Source of the DNA: Deinococcus sp.
GTDB taxonomy: Bacteria; Deinococcota; Deinococci; Deinococcales; Deinococcaceae
Reading direction: 5' to 3'
Assembly: GCA_965261005.1 (NCBI GenBank)
Contig: OZ253376.1
Coordinates: forward strand, 1-64,000
DNA: 64,000 bases
Within the stretch, counting starts at the first letter, position 1. The number at the start of each line of letters is the position of its first letter. Positions 40,475-51,311 of this stretch are shown here, piece by piece. The notes under the pieces were generated by a model. The model worked only from the letters and a program-made list of their open reading frames with translations, did not search any database and was not told the origin of the DNA. The position numbers and the translations under genes were made by a program.

Positions 40475-40591
40475 CCCCACCGACCGACGCAGCAGCAAGA
40501 ACAAAGTCAGCTGGGTTTCAACCGCACAAAAAGAAGTCGAGGGGCAGCCTCTTTAAGGAGCAACGGCAGGAGAACTGGGAACGGGCGCGGC

Positions 40592-40742
40592 TACGGTTGG
40601 TGGCGGAACAAGTTATGCAAACTCAAGATGAGTTGAGGACGAACCCGAGCGGAGCGAGTACAAGAAATTACGGGACGGCGACGATAGAAATCTCTGTTGG
40701 TGCTCTCCAAGCATAGGTTGCAATCAAAGCAATCCCGTGTGA
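40592..40742 (+). repeat. Degenerate SRE-like element
   Basis: CCGAGCGGAGCGAGT core similar to 45457 onward; ends AATCCCGTGTGA. Confidence 0.4.
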
Positions 40743-40844
40743 TCTAGAGCTTTCCACACCTGGCAGAAGATAGTGTGTCAGGCAGTTTGACATTCAGGCT
40801 AGCTGTCGGGGAGATCGACTCTGTTGAGGTTAAGTTGCCAGAAC
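40743..40844 (+). mobile_element. Possible IS6 right-end remnant
   Basis: SRAFHTWQKIVCQAV* resembles IS6 transposase C-termini and is followed by IR-like AAGTTGCCAGAAC. Confidence 0.4.
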
Positions 40845-41720
40845 TGCGCGGAAGGCGGCCACGTCGCGGCGGGGCGCGTTGCCAAACATGCGCGAATACT
40901 CGCGGCTGAACTGCGAGGGGCTTTCGTAGCCCACCGCATAGGAAGCCGTCTCAGCGTTCATCTCGCCCGCGATCATCAGGCGGCGGGCTTCCAGCAAGCG
41001 CAGTTGCTTTTGGTATTGCAGCGGCGTCATGTCGGTCAAAGCCTTGAACTGGCGGTGAAAGGCCGACGAACTGAGCTGGGCGGCGGCGGCCAGGTCTTCC
41101 CCCCGGACGGCTTCTGCGAAGTGTTCGCGCAGGCGGTGAATGGCGCCGATGACCCGCTGGGTATGGCTGCCGGATAGGGCAATGCTGGCAATCTGGCCGC
41201 CGTGAGGCCCGCTCAGCAGCCAGTAGTACAGTTCGCGCGTCAGCAGCGGCGAGAGCGCCGAAATCGCCTGGGGCGTCCCCAGAAGCCGCATCATCCGCAA
41301 CACGGTGTCGGTGAGCGGGCCTGGCACGTCGCTGACGAAGACGCTGCCATACGCCTCGCTCTCCGCGCCCAGCGGCGTCCCCAGGCTCTCCAGGACCTCG
41401 CGCATCAGGGTCAGATCAAACTCAAGCGCCACCGCCAGATACGGCTCACGGGGGCTGGCGTCGATCACCTGACTGACGGCGGGCAGCTCCACGTTGACCA
41501 CCAGGGCCTGCCCGGCACGGTATTCAAAGCGCTTGCTGCCGAACATCGTCCGCTTTCTGCCCTGCACCACCAGGCACAGCGAGGGCTTGAAGATGAGGTG
41601 TGAGGGTTTCTTGCCGTGGTTGGAGCGCAAAATTGCCAGCCCCTCAATGGCGGTCAAGAATGGACTCTCTCCGGGCTGCTCGGCCACGAAGCTTCTCACC
41701 GCTTCCAGCAAGTTGTCCAC
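40830..41720 (-). CDS. AraC-family regulator (AraC_N/YqhC type)
   Basis: PSLCLVVQGRK; TPLQYQKQLRL and VGYESPSQFSREY. Confidence 0.92.
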   Translation of the reverse strand: MDNLLEAVRSFVAEQPGESPFLTAIEGLAILRSNHGKKPSHLIFKPSLCLVVQGRKRTMFGSKRFEYRAGQALVVNVELPAVSQVIDASPREPYLAVALEFDLTLMREVLESLGTPLGAESEAYGSVFVSDVPGPLTDTVLRMMRLLGTPQAISALSPLLTRELYYWLLSGPHGGQIASIALSGSHTQRVIGAIHRLREHFAEAVRGEDLAAAAQLSSSAFHRQFKALTDMTPLQYQKQLRLLEARRLMIAGEMNAETASYAVGYESPSQFSREYSRMFGNAPRRDVAAFRAVLAT

Positions 41721-41873
41721 AGTTCCTGGACCTCCAGTTCAGCCAACGGCAAGGATACCCCGCCGAGCAGGAATGGGCAAGAATGCGGCGGGTTCCGGCA
41801 TTCAACCGCGGCGGCGCCGGTTCTACCATGATTGAGCAAAAGGACGTTCAGCACGAACGTTTGAGGAGGAAGT

Positions 41874-42653
41874 ATGCCAGCAGAAAGCACCGACAACACG
41901 CCATCCAGAATTGCCGTCGTCACGGGCGGCAGCCGGGGACTGGGCCGCAATACCGTCTTGAGTTTGGCTCAGCGCGGCGTCAACAGCATTTTTACCTATA
42001 ACTCTAGTCCCGAAGAAGCTCAAAACGTGGTGGCCGCCGCCGAGGAGGCTGGGGCCAGGGCCGCCGCGCTGAAACTGGATACCGGCGATTCCAGCAGCTT
42101 TGACGGCTTCGTGGCGGACGTGCGCTCCACGCTGGCCGGGTGGGGCGCGGAGCGCTTCGATTACCTGGTCAACAACGCCGGGATTTCGGACCACACCCCC
42201 TTTGACCAAGTCACCGAGGAACTGCTCGACCGGGTCTACAGCGTCAACTTCAAGGGCGTGTACTTCCTGACCCAGAAACTCTTGCCGCTCATGAGCGACG
42301 GTGGCCGGATCATCAATATCTCCACGGGCGTGACCCGCGTCGTGAATCCGAACAGCAGCACCTACGCCACGATGAAGGGGGCGCTGGAGGTGCTGACCCG
42401 CTACCTCGCCTCCGACCTCGGCCCGCGCGGGATCACGGTCAACACCGTCGCGCCCGGCGCGGTGGCGACCGACTTCAGCGGCGGCGTGGTGCGCGACAAT
42501 CCAGAAATCAACAGTATGGTCGCGTCCGTGACGGCGCTCGGACGGGCCGGCGTGCCGGACGACTTGGGGCCGATGATCGCCTCGCTGCTGTCGGACGACA
42601 ACCGCTGGGTCAATGCCCAACGCATTGAAGTCTCCGGCGGGATGCTTCCCTGA
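41874..42653 (+). CDS. SDR oxidoreductase
   Basis: [12 protein letters not shown] and YATMK. Confidence 0.93.
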   Translation: MPAESTDNTPSRIAVVTGGSRGLGRNTVLSLAQRGVNSIFTYNSSPEEAQNVVAAAEEAGARAAALKLDTGDSSSFDGFVADVRSTLAGWGAERFDYLVNNAGISDHTPFDQVTEELLDRVYSVNFKGVYFLTQKLLPLMSDGGRIINISTGVTRVVNPNSSTYATMKGALEVLTRYLASDLGPRGITVNTVAPGAVATDFSGGVVRDNPEINSMVASVTALGRAGVPDDLGPMIASLLSDDNRWVNAQRIEVSGGMLP

Positions 42654-42816
42654 GCTGAGCCTCCATCGGGTTTCTTTAAAAGGCCGCCTTCCTGCGCTTG
42701 GTGGGGCGGCCTCCGATGTTGGGACTTGTCTTGAAGAAATGCGACATCCGCCGCCCGTCCAAACAGACGACGCACCCCGGCCTGACTTCTGCCCCCACTT
42801 CTGCCAAAGTGAAGCC

Positions 42817-43635
42817 GTGCATTACCGCGAGTTCCCGCCCGACGCCCGCCTGAGCCATCTGGTGCGGGCCTACTTACAGATGGACGACTACCGCGAGGTC
42901 GGCCAAGAGGAACACCGCTTCATGCCGGAGCGCTTGGTGCGCCTGACCTTCTACGCCGGGTCAACTTGGCGCGGTTCGGTGACGGGCGGCGACCTCACGC
43001 CGATGCCGAGCGCGTCGCTGACGGGCCTGACCCTGACGCCGCTGCGGGCGGTGTCGCTCGGCGCCACCAAAGCGCTGGGCGTGGAACTGTATCCCTGGGG
43101 AGCGCGGCAACTCTTTGGCTGGGACTTCCATATGTCCAGCCTGGATTTGAGCCTGAAGCATCCCCTGCTGGCCCGCGCCGTCGAGGCCCTCTTGGGCCTC
43201 GACGCCTGGGATGAGGCGCGGCAACTGCTGGAAGACTGGCTGCTGGGACTGCTCTCGGAGCGTGGGCAAGAGCTGAAGGCTGGCGCTGGGGCCGCCGTAG
43301 AACTCTACAAAAGTCTGGGGCAAACCAGAATAGGCACGCTGGCCGAAAAACTCAACTTGAGTCCCCGGCAATTGGAACGGCAATTCGTGGCGGAAGTCGG
43401 GGTGGGCGCCAAAACTTTGGCGCGCCTGATCCGCTTCGAGGAAGTCCGCAATCGTCTGTGGCGCGATCCCCAGCTGCCGCTGGCACAACTCGCCTATGAA
43501 CTCGGCTTCGCCGATCAGGCGCACCTCACGCGGGAATTCAAGGCGCTCTCCTTCATGACGCCGCGCAGCTTCGGGCAGTTCGTGCAGCTCGACAGCCACC
43601 GGCCACACACCCAGCCGGACGCTGACGCCGGGTGA
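42817..43635 (+). CDS. AraC-family regulator
   Basis: [10 protein letters not shown] and [12 protein letters not shown]. Confidence 0.88.
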   Translation: MHYREFPPDARLSHLVRAYLQMDDYREVGQEEHRFMPERLVRLTFYAGSTWRGSVTGGDLTPMPSASLTGLTLTPLRAVSLGATKALGVELYPWGARQLFGWDFHMSSLDLSLKHPLLARAVEALLGLDAWDEARQLLEDWLLGLLSERGQELKAGAGAAVELYKSLGQTRIGTLAEKLNLSPRQLERQFVAEVGVGAKTLARLIRFEEVRNRLWRDPQLPLAQLAYELGFADQAHLTREFKALSFMTPRSFGQFVQLDSHRPHTQPDADAG

Positions 43636-43716
43636 GGTCGGGTAGCTTGGCGAAACGCGCGGGCCAGCGCGCCCGACCGTCTTGTCAACAACATTTGGAA
43701 CTTCTAGGGTGAGAGC

Positions 43717-44118
43717 GTGAACAAGTCGGACGTGAGTCAGGGCCAGTCGGCAGCAGAACTCATCTCGCGGAGAATCGCCGAACTCGGGGATTGGCGCGGG
43801 GAAACCCTCGGAAAAGTGCGCGAGCTTATTCAGGCCGCAGACCCGGAGATCGTCGAGGAGTGGAAGTGGGGCGTTCCGGTTTGGTCGCGCGGGGGCATCA
43901 TCTGTACGGGCGAAGTCTACAAAAAGGCCGTGAAGCTGACTTTCCCGAGGGGCGCGGCCTTAAGCGATCCAGCCCGGCTCTTCAACGCGAGCCTGGGCGG
44001 CAAGGCGCGCCGCGCGATTGACATTCACGAGGGCGAGGACGTTGACGGGTCCGCCTTGCAGGCGCTCGTTCGCCAAGCGGTCGCCCTCAACGGTTCTGGC
44101 CCGCCGAACCCCAGCTGA
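43717..44118 (+). CDS. DUF1801 (YdhG-like) protein
   Basis: EEWKWGVPVW and RAIDI. Confidence 0.85.
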   Translation: MNKSDVSQGQSAAELISRRIAELGDWRGETLGKVRELIQAADPEIVEEWKWGVPVWSRGGIICTGEVYKKAVKLTFPRGAALSDPARLFNASLGGKARRAIDIHEGEDVDGSALQALVRQAVALNGSGPPNPS

Positions 44119-44176
44119 TTTTTGGCGCGTCGCTTTTGTTCAAGACCCGCCACTCTCGGGCGTCTAGCCTGAACGC

Positions 44177-45418
44177 ATGACTGAATCTCTCGACCTCCCC
44201 GCCAAGAAAGCCCCGCTCCTCTTCCTGCTGGTTACCGCCTTCCTTTTCGCCACCGGCATCAGCCTGATCTTTCCAGTGCTGCCGTTTATCGTCGCCAGAT
44301 ACGTGCCGCAAGTCTCGCAGCAGGCCGCCGTCATCGGTTTGCTGGGCGCGGCCTACGCCTTCATCTCGTTCTTCTCGGCGCCGGTGCTGGGCACGCTCAG
44401 CGACGCCTACGGACGCCGACCGATTTTAATTCTCAGCCTGACGGGTTCGGCCATCGGCTACATTCTCTTCGGCATCGGCGGCAGTTTGTGGGTGCTGTTT
44501 ATCGGGCGCGTCATCGAAGGGCTGTTCGCGGGCGGCTTCGGCGCACTCTTCGGCTACGTCGCCGACATCACGCCAGAAGAGGAGCGCGGCAAGGTTTTCG
44601 GGCAGATCGGCGCGACGACCGGCGCGGCCTTTATCCTCGGCCCGGCGATTGGCGGCCTGGCCTCGCACCTCAGCCTCGGCGCCCCGATGTTTCTGGCGGC
44701 GGGCGTGTCGCTGCTCAACATGCTGTGGGGCCTGTTCGTGCTGCCGGAAAGTTTGCCGATCTCACGGCGCAGCAAGCACTTCGACGCCTCGCACCTCAAT
44801 CCGCTCAAGCAACTTTCCGGGGCACTCGCGTATCCGGCGGTGCGGCGGCTGGTCACCGTCAGCGTCATGTTCTTGCTGCCGCTGTCCATCATCCAGGTCA
44901 CGTTGGCGCTGCTGGGGCGCGACACCCTCGGCTGGGGGCCGTCGCAGGTCAGCACGCTGTTTATCATCATCGGCGCAACCGACATCGTGGCGCAGGGCGT
45001 GGCGCTGCCGTTTCTCATCAGGGCGTTTAAGGAACGCGGCGTGGCCGTCCTGGGCCTCTCGCTGGGCGCCGTCGGGATGCTTGGCATGGCCTTGCTGCCC
45101 GTTTTCCCACACGCCGCGCTGCTGTACGTCAGCACCCTGGCCTTTGCCGTCGGCGAGGGGATTTTTACCGCCGCCCAGAACACCCTGATCTCCATTGCCG
45201 CGCCCACGGACGCGCAGGGCCAGGTACAGGGCGGGGCGGAGGCGTTCGGCTCGCTGGCGCAGGTCGTGGGGCCGCTGGGCGGCGGGCAACTCTACTCACG
45301 CCTCGGCCCCGGCGCGACCTACGGCACGACGGCGGCGCTGGTGCTGGCGGCGCTGGGGTTGCTGCTGGGGCAGAAGCCGCTGGCCGCAGGCGAGGGACGG
45401 GCGCCGGAGGTGGGGTGA
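44177..45418 (+). CDS. MFS efflux transporter (TetA/DHA1-like)
   Basis: Motif [12 protein letters not shown] and motif C GPAIGG; about 12 TM. Confidence 0.9.
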   Translation: MTESLDLPAKKAPLLFLLVTAFLFATGISLIFPVLPFIVARYVPQVSQQAAVIGLLGAAYAFISFFSAPVLGTLSDAYGRRPILILSLTGSAIGYILFGIGGSLWVLFIGRVIEGLFAGGFGALFGYVADITPEEERGKVFGQIGATTGAAFILGPAIGGLASHLSLGAPMFLAAGVSLLNMLWGLFVLPESLPISRRSKHFDASHLNPLKQLSGALAYPAVRRLVTVSVMFLLPLSIIQVTLALLGRDTLGWGPSQVSTLFIIIGATDIVAQGVALPFLIRAFKERGVAVLGLSLGAVGMLGMALLPVFPHAALLYVSTLAFAVGEGIFTAAQNTLISIAAPTDAQGQVQGGAEAFGSLAQVVGPLGGGQLYSRLGPGATYGTTAALVLAALGLLLGQKPLAAGEGRAPEVG

Positions 45419-45552
45419 TAAGAATTCCGAAAATTTCCGTACAGTACGGAAATTTTCCGAGCGGCGCGAGGAGGAAAGAGATACGGGTTTCGCGGTCTGG
45501 AGCACCATCGGGCGCTTTCTCGGGTGTTGTACAACGTTGCGGAATCCGTATG
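45416..45552 (+). repeat. SRE-like element with an internal 14-bp-arm palindrome (45429-45457)
   Basis: GAAAATTTCCGTAC-A-GTACGGAAATTTTC; ends GCGGAATCCGTATG. Confidence 0.75.
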
Positions 45553-45639
45553 GCACCTTCGGCCGCTTGAGGTCTTGGCGCGTTGATCGGCCCATCCCCA
45601 CACTTGCAAACGGCCGCATAAGTGGATACACTTTGACTA

Positions 45640-45670
45640 GTTCGATATACCTTACTCGGGTATATCGAAC
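45640..45670. promoter_or_regulatory. Operator-like inverted repeat
   Basis: GTTCGATATACC-N7-GGTATATCGAAC just before the RBS of the CMD gene. Confidence 0.7.
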
Positions 45671-45687
45671 AACATGGAGGTGCAAGA

Positions 45688-46068
45688 GTGGACAATCTCC
45701 GCTACGAGCAGGGCCTGGCCGTCTACGCCAGCCAATTCCAGATTCCGCCCGCAGAGGTGGAAGCATGGTTCGCCGAACACGCCGGTGAGCGTGCGGGGAG
45801 AGAAGCGATCCTCTCGGCGGCGGGCGCGTGGGTTGACGACGAACTCAGTTTGCGCGACCGCAGTCTGGTGGTGGTCGCCGCGCTGATCACCCAAGGCGGG
45901 GCCGAGCCACAGCTGCGCGTGCATACCCGCTGGGCCGTCCAGCACGGCTGCACGCGGGCGCAACTTGAGGCGCTCGCCACCCTCCTCGGCGTTTACGCGG
46001 GCTACCCGCGCGCTGGGGCCGGGCTGACGATTGTGCGCGACGAACTCGCCAAGCTTGAGGCTCAGTAA
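45688..46068 (+). CDS. Carboxymuconolactone decarboxylase-family protein
   Basis: LSLRDRSLVVVAAL, QLRVH and YAGYP. Confidence 0.85.
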   Translation: MDNLRYEQGLAVYASQFQIPPAEVEAWFAEHAGERAGREAILSAAGAWVDDELSLRDRSLVVVAALITQGGAEPQLRVHTRWAVQHGCTRAQLEALATLLGVYAGYPRAGAGLTIVRDELAKLEAQ

Positions 46069-46082
46069 CGACCGGCGGGACG

Positions 46083-46125
46083 GCCAGACGCCAGATAGCC
46101 AGATGCCAGATAGCCAGACGCCAAG
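46083..46125 (+). repeat. Short tandem repeat of about 3 x 15 bp (GCCAGAYGCCAGATA)
   Basis: Read directly from the sequence. Confidence 0.8.
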
Positions 46126-46186
46126 CGACCGCCGCCGTTTATCAGGAGCACGGACCACAGCGGTCCACCAGATGGAGGAGACCATT

Positions 46187-47080
46187 ATGAGCGACGCGAA
46201 CACAGCCCAACCCGGCATCAATCCGCAGGCTCCGCCCCCCATGGTTCATGGCAGTCCCACCCAAGTCGCCGACGGCGTGTTTGTCATTTCCGACGGCCGG
46301 GTGCCGCTCGTCCCGAACATCGGCGTCATCGTCGGCGACCGGGCCGCGCTCGTCGTTGACTGCGGCCTGGGACCGAGGAACGGCGCGATCACGCACCAGA
46401 TCGCCAGAAGCCTCGCGGGCGATAAGCCGCTGTTCCTGACCCTCACCCACTTTCACCCCGAGCACGGCTTCGGCGCCCAGGCGTTCCGCGATTCGACGAT
46501 CCTCTACAACCGCGCGCAGCACGAGGAATTCCGCCAAAAGGCCGGCGGCTACCTGGAGCAATTCCGCCACTTTGGCGGGGCGGTCGCCGAGCAGCTCGAA
46601 GGTGTGGAGTTCGTCGATCCACAGGTGGTCTACGACGGCGGCGCCGATCTCGACCTCGGCGGCAAGCTGGTGCAGCTGAGAGCGGTCGGCCCGGCACACA
46701 GCCGCGGCGATCAGACCATCTGGCTGCCGAACGAGCGCGTCCTGTTCACCGGCGACCTCGTCGAGGACCGCTTCTACCCGATCCTGCCCTTCATCCCGCC
46801 GTACGACGTGGATGTCGATGTCCGCCGCTGGATCACCAGCATGGACGAACTTCAGGGCTGCGGCCCACGGGTCGTCGTCCCCGGTCACGGCGAGCTCGGC
46901 GACGCCGGCCTGCTCGCGGTCACGCGCGGGTATCTGACCCTGCTGCGGTCGGAGACGAAGCGGCTCGCCGCTGAGATCATCGCGGCCCTCGACTCGCAGT
47001 TCCGCACCCGCTACCCGGACTGGGACACGTCCGAGCCGTGGAGAATCGCGACCGGCGTCCAGGCCGTGCTCGCGGAGTGA
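46187..47080 (+). CDS. MBL-fold metallohydrolase
   Basis: THFHPEH, AHSRGD, FTGDL and PGHG. Confidence 0.9.
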   Translation: MSDANTAQPGINPQAPPPMVHGSPTQVADGVFVISDGRVPLVPNIGVIVGDRAALVVDCGLGPRNGAITHQIARSLAGDKPLFLTLTHFHPEHGFGAQAFRDSTILYNRAQHEEFRQKAGGYLEQFRHFGGAVAEQLEGVEFVDPQVVYDGGADLDLGGKLVQLRAVGPAHSRGDQTIWLPNERVLFTGDLVEDRFYPILPFIPPYDVDVDVRRWITSMDELQGCGPRVVVPGHGELGDAGLLAVTRGYLTLLRSETKRLAAEIIAALDSQFRTRYPDWDTSEPWRIATGVQAVLAE

Positions 47081-47203
47081 GGCGGCCGGAATCCTGGGCG
47101 CGTCTCTGATGAAAGTTGAGGTGCACGTCGGAGAGCCAGCCGCGTTCGCCCTAACCCGCCATGTTTGCCTCATACCGCGATTTTTACAAAGGGAGAAACC
47201 AAC

Positions 47204-47647
47204 ATGTCAGACGTACACCTGATTGCAGCCGACGGCGGCGAACCGCTCAAGATCGGTCAGACACGGATTCGCGTGCTCGAGGATGGATCACGCACCGACA
47301 ACCGGATCGGCGCGCTCGCGTCCATGTTGCCCGCCGGCGTCTCCGGGCCGCCGCAACACCGCCACCTCATGCACGACGAGACGTTTCTCGTCACCAGTGG
47401 CACCCTCCGGTTCATCCTTGGTGACACGCATCAGGACGCCAAGGTCGGCGACTACGTCGTCGTGCCCGTCGGGGCGCCGCACACGTTCGCCAACGTCTCC
47501 GACGCGCCCGTCGAGTTCTTGAGCACCTTCACGCCGGCCTACTACGTCAACTACTTCCGCGAAATCGCAGCGCTTAGCGCCGAGGGTCGGCCGAGTCCTG
47601 AAGCAGCCCTCTCGGTGATGCTGCGGTATGCGACCGTGCCCGCCTAA
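47204..47647 (+). CDS. Cupin-domain protein
   Basis: PPQHRH..HDETF and PVGAPHTF. Confidence 0.88.
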   Translation: MSDVHLIAADGGEPLKIGQTRIRVLEDGSRTDNRIGALASMLPAGVSGPPQHRHLMHDETFLVTSGTLRFILGDTHQDAKVGDYVVVPVGAPHTFANVSDAPVEFLSTFTPAYYVNYFREIAALSAEGRPSPEAALSVMLRYATVPA

Positions 47648-47752
47648 CGGCGAAGCGCGACTCGTCACCCCGATGAGGACACGTCCGAGCTATGAAAAGT
47701 TGCGACCGGCGTGCAGACTTTTCTTGCATAATGACGTCACCAGGAGAAGCTC

Positions 47753-48502
47753 TTGACCCCCGCATTGATCCATTCGAACGCGCCGTCGCTGGTCCGCGAC
47801 GGCCTAAGCGTCGCCGCGGTGCACGACGGCCTGAGGAAGGCGATTTTGCGCGGCGAGCTGGAGCCGGGCACCAGTGTCTCCCAGGCACAACTGGCCGACG
47901 TGTTCGGCGCGGGGCGCACCCCCCTCCGCGAGGCCCTGCGGATGCTGCAAGGCGAGGGGCTGGTGATCGCCGCGCCCAACCGGCAAATGCGGATCGCGCC
48001 CTTGTCGGCGGAGAACTTCGAGGAACTCTTGATCGCGCGCTTGGCGCTGGAGACCGTCGCGATTCGCATCACGGTGCCCACCCTCACCTCAAGCGACCTC
48101 GCCGCGCTTGAGGGCTATCTGGCGCAAATGGAGCACTACCAGAAAGTCGGCGATCAGGCTGGCCTGCGGGGGCCACACCGGGCGTTTCACCGCGCCCTGG
48201 TGGCTGGTGTCGGACCCCGCGTCAGCGCCGAGATCAGCGAGTTGACCGACCACGTGGAGCGCTACCGGGTGCGTTACGGCACATTTGGGGGTTGGGACGA
48301 CCGCCGCGCCGAACACCGGGCCATTCTCGATGCCGCCGCTGCCGGCGACGCCGACCTCGCCGCCGACCGCCTCGCCGAACATTACGTGCGAACCGTCCCC
48401 CTCGTGTTCAGCGCCCTCGACCGCGACCACGATCTCGGCCGACTGCGCACCACCCTGCGGGCCGTCGCGCCGGGCGCCGAAGCGGCCCTGAAGGACGGCT
48501 GA
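47753..48502 (+). CDS. GntR/FCD transcriptional regulator
   Basis: GRTPLREALRML and FH...EHRAIL. Confidence 0.9.
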   Translation: MTPALIHSNAPSLVRDGLSVAAVHDGLRKAILRGELEPGTSVSQAQLADVFGAGRTPLREALRMLQGEGLVIAAPNRQMRIAPLSAENFEELLIARLALETVAIRITVPTLTSSDLAALEGYLAQMEHYQKVGDQAGLRGPHRAFHRALVAGVGPRVSAEISELTDHVERYRVRYGTFGGWDDRRAEHRAILDAAAAGDADLAADRLAEHYVRTVPLVFSALDRDHDLGRLRTTLRAVAPGAEAALKDG

Positions 48503-48638
48503 TACGGACTCCGCAACGCCCTCTTGAATCCCAACCATCCCGGCTTCTTTGCCGCCGTGACGCCCGGCGAGGTGCGCGACCTCGATTGGGACCCGCGTCT
48601 GCTCAGCCCGATGGGCGGCCGAAGCGGTGAGCGGCATT

Positions 48639-49829
48639 TCATGGGTTTGATGTCCGCGCGACCGAGTTGGGCAGGAAGAACACCCCGTCGGTTTGCCCGA
48701 GGTGTTCGGGTTCCAGGGCAGAGTAGCGAGTCCCCGCCGTGTCCGTTCTTTTCGTCAGCGACGGGGGAAGCTTGGGGAGCAGGGCTGGGGTGGCGTACAG
48801 GTAAGGCGAGCTGGTCCGTTGGCTGAGCCACCCTTCCAGGGTGCCCGGCTGGGGCGCGGGCAGGCCCTCACCCTCACCGCAGGACATGGCGATGAAGACG
48901 TACTGCTGGCCCATTCGCAAGGTGAGGTGCGCCCCGGCGGGCCACCACTCCATCCGCGCGGTCCCGAGCTTCATCCGGCTGGCGCCGCGCCCCAGGTGCG
49001 AGTTGTGGGCGAAGACCAATGTGGGGCCGCGCGGCGCTTCCCGCTCGGCGATGGCGCTGAGGTTGCCGGCCATCATCACAGCTCGCAGCGCCATCATTCG
49101 TGAAACGCGCTGCGGTGAGCTGTCCGCCATGTTGGCGTGGTAGCGCAAGAGGCCCAGGGCCGTCCGGGCGTGCAGGCGGGCGTGCCACAGGGCGTCGGCC
49201 TGAAGGATCAGGCGGGGCGTCTCCATCTCCAGCAGGGCCAGCAGGTCGTCGGCGAGCGCCCACAACTGCCAAGCGTCCCCCGTTCCGCCGACGGACTGGG
49301 CGGGGTCCAGCGCCGCCGCCGGGTTGGTCCAGCGGGCGTCATCGCCACACAGGCAGATGATGGTGGCCTCGTCCGCCGGCAAGTGGATCATGTGCTCGGC
49401 CAAGAAAGCGTGCAGCGCGAGCAGGGCGTGCTTTGGGCTGGCCGCCCACCTGTTCTCGATTGGCGGGTCAAAGCCGTAGAAGTGCAGCATGTCGGCCTCG
49501 CCGCGCCCGGCGTTGAACTGGCGCGTCCAGGCGACCAGCTCGCGGTTGGCCTGCATCTCGCCAAAACCGTGGCTGAAAGCGTGCCGCATGACTTCGTCCA
49601 GCGTGTCTTGGCCCGACATGACGTGAGCGTTCGCCCGCAACCCGGCGATCACGTCACTTTCGATGGCGATGGAGCGGAAGCCGTGCTGCTCCACCAGCGT
49701 TTGGAAGATGCGGTTGCGCCACGCCGGAAAGGCAGAGACGCCGTGGGTCGGTTCGCCCAGCGCCAAGAGTTGTGGCGTGGTGGGCAAGCTGCTCAGAAAG
49801 GAGGTGAGGGCGGCACCCGGCTCGGTCAT
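48639..49829 (-). CDS. Erythromycin esterase-family protein
   Basis: LGEPTHG, AIESD, FYGFD and FAHNSH. Confidence 0.85.
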   Translation of the reverse strand: MTEPGAALTSFLSSLPTTPQLLALGEPTHGVSAFPAWRNRIFQTLVEQHGFRSIAIESDVIAGLRANAHVMSGQDTLDEVMRHAFSHGFGEMQANRELVAWTRQFNAGRGEADMLHFYGFDPPIENRWAASPKHALLALHAFLAEHMIHLPADEATIICLCGDDARWTNPAAALDPAQSVGGTGDAWQLWALADDLLALLEMETPRLILQADALWHARLHARTALGLLRYHANMADSSPQRVSRMMALRAVMMAGNLSAIAEREAPRGPTLVFAHNSHLGRGASRMKLGTARMEWWPAGAHLTLRMGQQYVFIAMSCGEGEGLPAPQPGTLEGWLSQRTSSPYLYATPALLPKLPPSLTKRTDTAGTRYSALEPEHLGQTDGVFFLPNSVARTSNP

Positions 49830-49950
49830 GTCTCAGCCGGTCTGCGGCATCTGGTTTGGCATGCTGTGCTCCTTTGCCGAAGGGCGCGCCCGCTTTGACT
49901 CCCTCAGCATTCCTGTGGAGCATGTGTGGAGGGTTACGGGTTTATCTTCA

Positions 49951-51264
49951 TCAAAACTTAATCCGCCGTGCCCCAAGCACAAGGCTGTCGAGAAAGGCGT
50001 TGCGGAACTTCCCCCCCGGATCGAAGGCGGCGCACAATTCCCGAAAGTCGGGCAACCTCGGGTAGAGCGCCTCCAGCTCGGCAAATCCCATCACGAAGAC
50101 CTTGCCCCAGTGCGGGCGCGCGCCGTAAGGCGCCAGGGCCGCCTCAACCTCCCCCAGCACTTCTCGCACCGCCGGCTCGTCCCGGCGCCAGGTGAAGTGA
50201 AAGGCGGCGCTGTCCCGCCCATAGGCCGGGCTGAGCCACAGGTCGTCGGCGGCCACCGTGCGCACTTCCGAGACCAGCAGCGCGGGCGCCAAGCGCTCCC
50301 CGAGGGCGAATAAAGCTTTCATGGCGGCGGGCGCGGCTTCCCTGGGCACGAAGTACTCGCTTTGCAGCTCCTCGCCGCTGCTGGGCGTGTGCGAAAGGCG
50401 AAAGTGCGGCAAACGCTCGAACCACGGCCCCGGAACGCCGAGCTGCGGGGTGCAGCTCGCGGCGGGCAGGCCGGGAATGGGGTGGTGCTCCCCCGTGGCG
50501 AGACGGGCGCCGAACCACGCGGGCGCGGGCGTGAAGGGCTTCTTCTGGTCCACGCGGCGCTTGAGCCAGGCCGTGTGAAAGACGTCCCCCCGCCAAGCGG
50601 TGAACAGGCTGACGCTGTCCGCCGCCGCCGTGACGGCCTCGAAGTTGGCCGCCACCTCCTCCAGGGACAGGTTCTCGTACACGTCTTGACGCACGTCGTA
50701 GGTCGGCTCCAGGTCCAGGGTAAGCTCCGTCACCACGCCCAGGGCGCCGAGGGACACGACCGCGCCGTTCCAGCGTTCGCCCGACGTTTCGCGCGACAGT
50801 TCTATAAGCCCGCCGTCCGCCGTCACCAACTCCAGGCTTGAGACCGCCGCCGCCAGCCCCTTCACCCGGTTGCCCGAGCCGTGCGTCCCCGTCGCGCAGG
50901 CTCCCGCGACGCCGATGTGCGGCAAGGACGCGAGGTTGGAGAGCGCAAAGCCGCGCCCGTGCAGAAAGCGGCCCAGTTCCCCGTAGCGCGCCCCGCCCTC
51001 GACCGTGACGGTGCGCCCGGTTTCGTCAAGGTTCAGGACGCGGTTGAGGTGTTCGAGCGAGATCGAGTCGCCCCGCGTGTCAGCAACCGAGCTGAAGGAG
51101 TGGCGCGTGCCCAGCACCTTGACCTTTTCGGCCCCGCGCACGGCGGCCAGCACCTCCTCCACGCTGCGCGGGCGGTGCCAGCGCGCCGCGTGGTACGCCA
51201 AGTTGCCGCCCCAGTTGCGCTCCCGCGCCGCCGGGTCATCTGGAATGGTTTCCGGAAGGGTCAT
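49951..51264 (-). CDS. FAD-linked alditol/xylitol oxidase-like protein
   Basis: NWGGN, GTRHSF, ATGTHGSG and RPHWGK. Confidence 0.88.
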   Translation of the reverse strand: MTLPETIPDDPAARERNWGGNLAYHAARWHRPRSVEEVLAAVRGAEKVKVLGTRHSFSSVADTRGDSISLEHLNRVLNLDETGRTVTVEGGARYGELGRFLHGRGFALSNLASLPHIGVAGACATGTHGSGNRVKGLAAAVSSLELVTADGGLIELSRETSGERWNGAVVSLGALGVVTELTLDLEPTYDVRQDVYENLSLEEVAANFEAVTAAADSVSLFTAWRGDVFHTAWLKRRVDQKKPFTPAPAWFGARLATGEHHPIPGLPAASCTPQLGVPGPWFERLPHFRLSHTPSSGEELQSEYFVPREAAPAAMKALFALGERLAPALLVSEVRTVAADDLWLSPAYGRDSAAFHFTWRRDEPAVREVLGEVEAALAPYGARPHWGKVFVMGFAELEALYPRLPDFRELCAAFDPGGKFRNAFLDSLVLGARRIKF

Positions 51265-51311
51265 GAACAGGGCCATGCTACCTGATCCCATGTGGCGCGC
51301 CTCACGCTTCT

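Noticed and set aside
45429..45457. Stand-alone operator or res site
   Set aside because: It is the internal hairpin of an SRE-like repeat
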